DNA from: an uncultured Actinomycetes bacterium
GTDB lineage: Bacteria; Actinomycetota; Thermoleophilia; Gaiellales; Gaiellaceae
Length of the DNA stretch: 64,000 bases
Direction of reading: 5' to 3'
Assembly (NCBI GenBank): GCA_963711315.1
Contig: CAVQDQ010000004.1
Span: 7,825-71,824 of the forward strand
Within the stretch, counting starts at the first letter, position 1, and each line of letters opens with the position of its first letter. A program made the position numbers and the translations under genes. This document shows, one piece after another, positions 56,991 to 64,000 of the stretch. The notes beneath the pieces are model-generated. The model did no database searches, had not been told where the DNA came from, and worked only from the letters and a program-made list of their open reading frames with translations.

Positions 56991-58287
56991 GCCACGGCCC
57001 TTCGGCTCCAGCCCGGCGGCCTCCGCGAAGGCTGAAGCTGCGGAGCAGGTCGGGCCGAGAGTCGGGTCGCGCACACGACTGCGGCGGTCGAGCCTTCGCC
57101 GCAGCTCGGGAGGCGATGAGCGGCGTGCCGTCGAGCGAGCCGCCCCGCCAGCGCTCGTGCAGCGAGCGCAGCGCCTCTCCGATGGCCTGCTGGTCGTCCG
57201 GAGGCGCGACCACGCCCGTCCCGGTCTCGCGAATCAGCGCCGCTGCGGCGCCGTCCGGAGGCACCACGGCGAGGATCGGGCGCTCGGCGGCGAGGTACTC
57301 GAACACCTTCCCCGAGAGCACGCCTTTGCCGCGGCCCCCTGCCTCCGGGATGAGCAGGAGCAGCGCCTCGGAATCGCGCTGCAGCTCGAGCGCGCGGTGG
57401 CGGGGCGCGAACTCGTGGAGCTCCAACCGGTCGCCGAGGCCGAGCGTCTCCGCCCATTCGCGGTCGGCGGTGCGAAAGTCGCCTACGAACCGTGCGACGG
57501 CATCGAGACCGGAGTCGGCGAACGCAGTGAGAAACGGTCGCGGGTCGCGACGGCCAAAGAAGCTACCCGCGTGCGTGATGCGAAAGCGGGGGCTCGCGTG
57601 ATGCTCCAGCCCGGTGAAGTCGTCGAAGTCGCAGCCGTTCTCGATCGTCACCACGGGGGAGCGCGGGCCCAGCGAGCGCGTCTCCTCGGCGATCGCCTCG
57701 GACGCAGCCACGATCGCGTCCGCCTTGCGGGCGACCAGCCGGGCGACCGCGTGCCGCATGCGCTCTTTGGCCTGCAACGCAGCCGAGTCTGCGCGGCGGT
57801 GTGGATGCGCGAGCAGCGAGTCGCGGAGGTCGGCCACCCAGCGTGCGCCCGTCAGTCGCTGCACGGCGGCGCCGACGAAGTGGACGGAACCGGGCGGAGA
57901 CGTGGTCAGTACGACGTCGATTCCCTCGCGACGGACGATGCGAGTAGCCGTCGGGATTGCCGTCAGCGCCCAGCCGACGTTCTCGTCGGGCACCAGCAGG
58001 CGGCGCCCGAAGAGGCCCGCCTGAAGTCGCAGCCGATGGGCGCCCGACGTGCCGTGCAGCTCCTCGGCCGGGCGGCGGCCTTCCGGGCCCACGTAGCGCG
58101 CGCGGTGGATCCACGCCTGCGTCGGGGGCTGTAGCTCGTCGTCGCGGTGCACCCACTTGGAGTCGTCCGGCGCGAGCACGTGCGTCTCGATTCCCAGTTC
58201 AGGCAGGTGCGTCGCAAACTTCAGCGGGCGCTGCACGCCGCCGCCGCCGGCGGGCGGGAAGTACAGGGAGACGATCAGCAGTTTCAT
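56987..58287 (-). pseudogene. GT4-like glycosyltransferase. The C-terminal about 40 codons are not resolvable (frame ambiguity at 56987-57110).
   Basis: Reads MKLLIVSLYFPPAGGGGVQRPLKFATHLPELG...TTSPPGS...HAGSFFGRRDPRPF...LLLLIPEAGGRGKGVLSGKVFEYLAAERPILAVVP.... The frame that ends in a TGA overlapping the next ATG (ATGA at 56987-56990) is not the frame of the conserved part. Confidence 0.7.
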
Positions 58288-60291
58288 AAGCGGTAGAGAA
58301 CGTAGCGACCGTCGCGGTACACAGCCGGCAGTGACAGATCGAGCCGGGGCCAGCGGTCGCGCTGGACGAGCACGAAGTCCGCGCGATAGCGACGCGGAAT
58401 CGAGAGGTCACCGGTCCTGCCGAAGCGATTCGCGTCGTCTCGGCGCTCGTACGGCCGGTTCTTGTCCGTGTCGGCCACGTGACCCGGCCGGGCCGTGGCG
58501 ATGTAGATGGGCGCTACCGAGGCTGCCCAGTAGCTCGTCGAATCGTCCGAGAAGACGACGGTGCCTTCCGGCAGCGAGTCGAGTCGCTCGACGAGGCCAG
58601 CGGTGAGCGGCGACGGCTCGTAGCGCGCCGCATCCCAGTGGCCGAAGCCGAAGATCGCCACCGGCAGGACGAAGGCCGCGGCGACCGCCGCGGACAACGG
58701 CCCCCGATCGTCGAGCGTCCCTCTCCTGCCGACGACGGCGGCGATGATCAGTGCGACCGCACCGCCCACGAGCGCGATCCAGGCCGCTATCGGGGGTCCG
58801 CCCTCGTCGAGTGCGTACGTGAACTCCCCCGGGTACGCGAGCTCGAGAGCGATTCCCGCTGCGAGGGCCACGGGAATGGCCCACCAGGACGCTAGCCGGG
58901 CCAGCACAGCCGCGCCACCGGCGAAGGCTGCAGCGAGCGGTACGAACCCGGCGGCCCGGCGAGCCTGCGACAGCGACACGCCGTCCGAGAAGGGCGTGAA
59001 GAGCTGCGGCAGGAGGAGAATCGCCAGGAGCGCCACCGAGCCGCCGAGCACGTAGGCCGACCAGCGCCTGCGGGAGGCGAGCGCGGCGAGTGGTACGGCG
59101 ATGAGAGCGGCGATAGCGACCGCGCCGGGCCGGCCGAGCATCTCCGGCGCCAGGCGGAAGCTGTCCGGCGAGAAGATGTCGACCTGACCCGGGTAGTGCG
59201 CGAGCCCGCGCGCGCGCTCGGCGGCGGACGGGCTGTGCGACGCCGTGTCGCGCACGAGCGGCGCCAGCCAGGCGGCCACGGCCGCGGCCGGAAGCAGCAC
59301 GAAGGCAAGCCCGGCCGCACCGCGCGCAAGCTCGCCGCGTGCCAGCACGAGTCGCGCCAGCACGTAGCCGGCGAGTGGCACGGCCACGAAGATCACGTAC
59401 GTCGGATGCACGAGCGCGAGTGCCAGAGACGCGGCGGCTGCGGTCAGGCCAGCCGCCCATCCCGGCTTCCTGACGAAGACGAAGAACGCGGCCACCGCCG
59501 CCGGCGCGAGCAGGTGGCGCGCCGAGGTCGCGGGCAGCGAGAGCGCCGTATACGCGCCGCCGCTGCCCGGCGCGAGTGCGGTAAGCGCGACGGCCGCGAG
59601 CAGCGCCGCAATGCCGCCCCAGGCAGTGCGCAGGATCGCGACGCCGGCCTCGTAGGCGATCAGGAACGCCACCGGCACGAGGACGCTCGGCTCGTGGAGG
59701 AGAACCGCACCCGAGTCGACGCCGGCGAGCCAGGCCACGCTCGCCATGAGCACATGCCACAGTGGGAACGCGTAGCCGGGATGCAGCCCGCCGTCCACGA
59801 ACTCGTTGACGGACTCTGAGGGTCAGGTTGTCGAACGCCTCCAGCTTGCGGATGCGGGCGAGATGGAAGAGCGCATCGCCGTCGAGCTGCCCGGCGATCG
59901 ACCACAGAGCGATGCCGAAGCCGACGCCCGCCAGGCCGACCCCGATCGCGAACGGCGAGGGCTTGCGAAGCGGCTGCCAGACAGCGAACGGAAGGGCTAC
60001 GGCTCCGACACCTGCGTAGAGGACAAGCGCCCACCACAGCGGGCCCTCGACCGCGAACATCACCGCCGAGGCAGCCGCCAGCCCGGCGAGGCTCCAGGAG
60101 AGCGCCGCGAACACGCTCGGCTGACCGAGTGCCCGCGCCAAGAGCGCTCCGGGAAGGAGCAGGCAGAGCGTCGCTGCGGCGAGCCTCACATACAACCCGG
60201 CGCCCGTTTCCGGCAAGACGTGGGCCAGGGCGAGCGCGGGCAGCGCCAGCAGCTCCCACGGCCACCGGGCGGGTGCGGCGCGGCCGGTCAA
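58284..60291 (-). pseudogene. Large polytopic membrane protein (about 669 aa) with a C-terminal periplasmic-type domain. Possible GT-C-like enzyme. One apparent frameshift.
   Basis: The TTG at 60291 overlaps the GT2 stop (TTGA). ...LYVRLAAATLCLLLPGALLA...ALFHLARIRKLEAFDNLTL breaks near 59810. It continues as ...VNEFVDGGLHPGYAFPLWHVLMASVAWL.... It has more than 12 TM segments. The soluble tail is ...YIATARPGHVADTDKNRPYERRDD.... Confidence 0.65.
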
Positions 60292-61266
60292 CGAGGCTCG
60301 TCGAGGAGCTGCAGCGCGGAGCCGGAAGCGAGCCACGACGCCGTGTCGCGGTACATGCGGCCGCGCTCGCCGCGGAACAGCACGCCGCGCAGCCGCAGGG
60401 CCCACAGCATCAGCCCCCGCGCGCGGTCGGCCTCACGCGCACCGTGGTGCTTGGAGAAGAAGCGTAGGTGGCCGCGGACGTTCTCCTTGAACAACCGCCC
60501 ACCGTGGGAGGCACCGCTCACGTGGACGAACTCTGCGCCGGGAAAGAAGAGCACGCTCCAACCCGCCTGGTGGAAGCGGTAGCACCAGTCGGTTTCCTCG
60601 CTGAACAGGAAGAACGTGCTGTCCGGGGGGCCGACGGCGTCGATCGCGTCGCGCCGGACGAGCATGCAGGCGCCCATCACGAACTCCACATCGCGCGTCT
60701 CGTCGTGCTCGAAGTCGCCCGCGTAGAAGGCATTGAACGCGCGGGATCGCGGAGCCAGCTTGCGCAAGAAGAAGTATTCGGTGGCCAGCCGCCAGAGCGT
60801 GGGAAAGCCGCGCACCGAGCGTTGGAGCGACCCGTCCGTGTTGAGCAGCTTCGGGCCGACCACGGCCGCCTGCGGATGCTCGGCGGCGAACGCGGCGAGT
60901 TGCTCGACGGCGTTGCCCACGGCCCACGCGTCGGCGTTCAGCAACAGGATGAAGCGGCCCGACGCCAATTCGATTCCGCGACGCCAGCCGGCAGCGAGCC
61001 CGAGATTCGCCTGCTCGATCAGCTTCACCGTCGAGTATTGCTCGCGGACGAGCTCAACCGTGCCGTCCGTCGACCCGTTGTCGACGACGATCGTCTCGAA
61101 GTTGGGCGACGCTGTCCAGGCAGCGCTCCAGCCAGGGCAGCGCGTCGTACGTCACGACGACGACCGATACAGACGCGTCTTCTCGAGACACAGGGTCAGC
61201 CTCAGTGTCTGACCCTGTGTCTGACACTGGGTCTGGCACCTGGACATGGCCGGAAGGGTCAGCCAT
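60288..61266 (-). pseudogene. GT2-family glycosyltransferase (rhamnosyltransferase-like), one apparent frameshift. The alternative start is the GTG at 61191.
   Basis: ...SVSVVVVTYDALPWLERCLDSV breaks near 61085. It continues as ...FETIVVDNGSTDGT...LLLNADAWA...FLFSEETDWCYR.... The ATG at 61266 overlaps the flippase-like stop (ATGGCTGA) and adds an acidic 25-aa leader. Confidence 0.8.
61188..61229. promoter_or_regulatory. Perfect 12-bp inverted repeat (61188-61199 / 61209-61220) with an overlapping alternative 7-bp stem (61203-61209 / 61223-61229) at the 5' end of the GT2 gene
   Basis: The repeat is ACACAGGGTCAG-N9-CTGACCCTGTGT. The alternative stem is CAGTGTC-N13-GACACTG. GTGTCTGAC occurs twice. 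The candidate GTG start (61191-61189) lies inside one arm. Confidence 0.5.
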
Positions 61267-62236
61267 GGTGGACGGGCGGGCTCGCCGGCCGGCGAACGCT
61301 CTCCCACGCGAGGATGAGCGCGCCGGGGACGGCCATCGCGATGGTGACGAGGAAGAAGAGGAAGCCGGCTGCGAAGGCGGCGTCCGCGGACACACCGAGC
61401 TGGCCGAGGAAGCTGACGAAGAACGCCTCGCGCACGGCAAGCCCGTTGATCGTGAAAGGGACGAGCATGACGAGGAAGAGCAGCGGGCCCATCACGTAGT
61501 ACACGCGGGGCGACAGGCTAATGCCCACCGCTTCGGCCGTACACCAGATGGCGAGCACGCGCACGGCCTGGATGGCAATCGTCAGTGCGAAGACCCCTAG
61601 CAGCAGCCGCGTGTGCGCGCGGTAGGCGTGCACGCCCTCGTACACGGCGCGAATGGGCCGCTCCACCCGCAGCCGGCGCAGCAGCGGCACGGTACGCGCC
61701 AACGGCCGCCGCGCGCTGCGCGAGAACACGGCGAGGGCGAGCAAGACCGTTCCCACGACAAAGGCGAGCTCGATCCAGAGATACGCGCCGACGTCGTATT
61801 CGCCGAGCGCAAGCGCGAAGCCCACGGCGGCAAGGGCGAGCGTTGCCGAGCCTCCGAGAGCGCGCTCGAGCAGCACCGAGCCGGCGATTGCCCCGGTGCG
61901 TCCCGGGTGGCGCCTGGACGTCTCGAAGATCCGCGCCGCGTCTCCGCCCACCGCCGTCGGCAGCACCTGGCCTGCCGTGTAGCCGACGAAGTACGCCCGC
62001 GTCAGCCATCCCAACCTGTCGTCGATCGACCGCGCTCGTAGGAGCCGCTGCCAGCGCCACGCCATCGGCAAGACCGTCACCGTCATGATCGCGACTGCGG
62101 CCACCAGCCACCAGTAGTCGGCCTCGGCGAGGATGTCGACCGTCTGGTGGATGTTGATCTTCCAGACGATGTAGGCGAGGCAGAGGCCGGTGACGGCGAG
62201 CGTCGCGGTGACCCGCACGCTGCGTCGCTGCGTCAC
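61259..62236 (-). CDS. Lysylphosphatidylglycerol-synthase-TM-region family (UPF0104, flippase-like) membrane protein
   Basis: The GTG at 62236 overlaps the aminotransferase stop (GTGA). It reads VTQRRSVRVTATLAVTGLCLAYIVWKI...WRWQRLL...GYTAGQVLPTAVGGDAARI.... It has about 8 TM segments. The upstream 291 aa of ORF 61259..63109 were not called. Confidence 0.8.
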   Translation of the reverse strand: MTQRRSVRVTATLAVTGLCLAYIVWKINIHQTVDILAEADYWWLVAAVAIMTVTVLPMAWRWQRLLRARSIDDRLGWLTRAYFVGYTAGQVLPTAVGGDAARIFETSRRHPGRTGAIAGSVLLERALGGSATLALAAVGFALALGEYDVGAYLWIELAFVVGTVLLALAVFSRSARRPLARTVPLLRRLRVERPIRAVYEGVHAYRAHTRLLLGVFALTIAIQAVRVLAIWCTAEAVGISLSPRVYYVMGPLLFLVMLVPFTINGLAVREAFFVSFLGQLGVSADAAFAAGFLFFLVTIAMAVPGALILAWESVRRPASPPVHHG

Positions 62237-63387
62237 GCGTCGCTCCCGGTGAACGTCGCGTGCACGCGGCGCAGGGCGTCGATTGCGTCGGCGATGTCGT
62301 CGTCCGAGTGGGCAGGGGAGAGCGGCAGCGACAGCACCTCGTCTCCTGCACGCTCGGCGACGGGCAACGGCTGCTGGTCCGGATAGCGTTCCCGGTAGGC
62401 GCTGAGCCTGTGCACGGGCAGGAAGTGAACGCTCGTGCCGATCTGCTCCGCGGCCATCGCCTGCTGGTACTCGTCGCGCGTCGCGCCCGCCCGGTCGGGA
62501 TCGATGCGTACGACGTAGAGGTGCAGCGCATGCGTGTCGCGCGGGTCGCGGGCCAGCGGCTCGATCCCTTCCAACTCCGCCACCGCGGCGTCGTAGGCGC
62601 CAACGTGCCGCTCGCGTATCTCGCGATGCCGCTCGAGCTTGTCCAACTGGCAGAGCGCGATCGCCGCCAGGACATCGGAGAGGTTCGCCTTGTAGCCGGG
62701 CACGGCGATGTCGTACAGCGAGCCGTGACCGCGCCGCATCACGCGCAGATCGTCGACCGCGCTCGCCACCTTGGGGCTGTTCGTCGTGATCACACCACCC
62801 TCGCCGGCGGCGACGTTCTTGGTCGCGTAGAGCGAGAAGCAGGTGGCTTCGGAGAGCGCCCCGATCTTGCGGCCGCGATACGCGCTCTCGACCGCGTGAG
62901 CTGCGTCCTCGACCACGGGCAGCCCCAGCTCCCGGATCGGATCGAGGTCGGCCGGCTGACCGGCGAGGTGGACCGGCAGGATCGCCTTCGTCCGGGGGCC
63001 GACGAGCGCCGCCACCTGCTCCGGATCGATGTTGAGGTCCGAGTGGCGAACGTCCGCGAAGACGGGCGTCGCGCCGGTGTGGACGATGACGTTCGCCGTT
63101 GCGGGCCACGTGATCGGCGTCGTTATCACCTCATCTCCCGGTCCTACGCCGAGTGCCAGGAGGGCCAAATGCATCGCCGCGGTGCCCGAGGAGACCGCCA
63201 CTGCGTGCTCCGCGCCGGTGTAGTCGGCGAACCGCCGCTCCAGCTCGGCGGCCTTCGGCCCGGTCGTCAGCCAGCCCGAGCGCAGTGTCTCGGCGACGGC
63301 CGCGATCTCCTCCTCACCGAGGGCGGGCGGCTGGAAGCCGAGGAAGATCTCCCTAGGCGATCTCGACGGGGGAGCGGGTCTCAACAA
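62233..63387 (-). CDS. DegT/DnrJ/EryC1/StrS-family PLP-dependent sugar aminotransferase
   Basis: Contains ...PPALGEEEIAAVAETLRSGWLTTGPKAAELERRFADY...SSGTAAMHLAL...PVFADV...FSLYATKNVAAGEGG (PLP Lys).... The start is uncertain (TTG 63387/63384). There is no ATG/GTG between the upstream stop and the conserved N-terminus. Confidence 0.85.
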   Translation of the reverse strand: MLRPAPPSRSPREIFLGFQPPALGEEEIAAVAETLRSGWLTTGPKAAELERRFADYTGAEHAVAVSSGTAAMHLALLALGVGPGDEVITTPITWPATANVIVHTGATPVFADVRHSDLNIDPEQVAALVGPRTKAILPVHLAGQPADLDPIRELGLPVVEDAAHAVESAYRGRKIGALSEATCFSLYATKNVAAGEGGVITTNSPKVASAVDDLRVMRRGHGSLYDIAVPGYKANLSDVLAAIALCQLDKLERHREIRERHVGAYDAAVAELEGIEPLARDPRDTHALHLYVVRIDPDRAGATRDEYQQAMAAEQIGTSVHFLPVHRLSAYRERYPDQQPLPVAERAGDEVLSLPLSPAHSDDDIADAIDALRRVHATFTGSDA

Positions 63388-64000
63388 CGCGGAAGCGTAC
63401 GCGTCTCGCCGCCCTCCTAGCCCGTGCCAGCGCCTGCTTCCGGCTCTCGCCGACGGCCAGCACGGCGCCGGCGCGGTCGGATCCGTGCCGCAGCGCCCGG
63501 ATCTCGTCTCCCGGCTGGCGATACACGCGCACCCATGCGACGCCGTCGCTCGCCTCGGCCCGCTCGATGCCGTCCACCGCCTCCACCGAGCCTTCCGGGG
63601 CGACGAGAAAGCGCACGCACGCACCGCCCGCCGCCACCTGCGGACGGAGCTCCGCAGCTGAAATCTCCTCGCCAAGCGCACCGGCGATCGCGAGGCCGTT
63701 GAGATCGACGCCGGTCGCCGCCTCGCAGAGCTCCGCATCGTGGCCCCCACCGAGCCGCGCAGCGAGCTCACCCACGACCGGGCCGTCGTCGCCGACGAGC
63801 ACCTGCGTGTAGGTCGGTCCATCCTCGACGCCGACGGCGTCCGCCGCCGCCCGGGCGAGCCCGATAGCCGCGTCGACGGTCGCCGCGTCGAGCTCGCTCG
63901 GCCAGACATGGGCCAGTGCCACTCCGAAAGCAGGTGGCTCGGCTACGACGCGGTCGGTCACCGTCAGCGGGTGGAACTCCCCGCCCACGGAGAAGGCGTT
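63353..64000 (-). CDS. ATP-grasp-fold protein, C-terminal part only (the 5' end is outside the window)
   Basis: The open frame runs to the window edge. It contains ...PTYTQVLVGDDGPVVGELAARLGGGHDAEL...GVDLNGLAI.... The stop is at 63353-63355. Confidence 0.6.
   Translation of the reverse strand, partial: NAFSVGGEFHPLTVTDRVVAEPPAFGVALAHVWPSELDAATVDAAIGLARAAADAVGVEDGPTYTQVLVGDDGPVVGELAARLGGGHDAELCEAATGVDLNGLAIAGALGEEISAAELRPQVAAGGACVRFLVAPEGSVEAVDGIERAEASDGVAWVRVYRQPGDEIRALRHGSDRAGAVLAVGESRKQALARARRAARRVRFRVVETRSPVEIA

Overview
This is a very GC-rich bacterial chromosome segment. Third codon positions are dominated by G/C. Gene content and start-site architecture suggest an Actinomycetota-like organism, which is an inference. 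I call about 60 protein-coding genes. I recognised no rRNA, tRNA, CRISPR array, transposase or integrase.

Layout from left to right:
- An amidase / creatininase-family / SDR set runs into a peptide ABC-transporter operon whose binding protein and one permease are badly disrupted.
- Next come hsp20-lon, a secreted M23 peptidase, a TSUP exporter encoded as two half genes, otsB-NUDIX, and PolX coupled to a PLP decarboxylase.
- Then a Ppm1-like GT2 and trxA, followed by a thiD-thiL-GNAT train ending in a Zn-ribbon / cyclase / STAND-ATPase / TPR giant.
- An MrfA-type helicase follows.
- The rest is a >35-kb almost gap-free minus-strand gene train. It consists of two envelope-glycan / ulosonic-acid clusters (28.8-40.2 kb and 48.8-64 kb).
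- These two clusters are separated by a non-canonical kdp K+ uptake locus. It has the order kdpF-A-C-B, a stand-alone KdpD N-domain, a USP, kdpE and a separate membrane histidine kinase.

Most junctions in the trains are 1-, 4- or 8-nt stop/start overlaps.

Caveats:
- Roughly 30 frame breaks, plus two in-frame TAG codons at expected Tyr positions, interrupt otherwise well conserved genes. Several map to G/C homopolymers. Breaks are concentrated in the dpp genes and the kdp sensor kinase, so the window mixes probable assembly indels with possible real gene decay.
- Many long ORF-track entries are Arg/Ala/Pro-rich antisense or out-of-frame ORFs typical of high-GC DNA. I did not call them.
- All product calls rest on motifs I can read in the translations. 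No database search was run.
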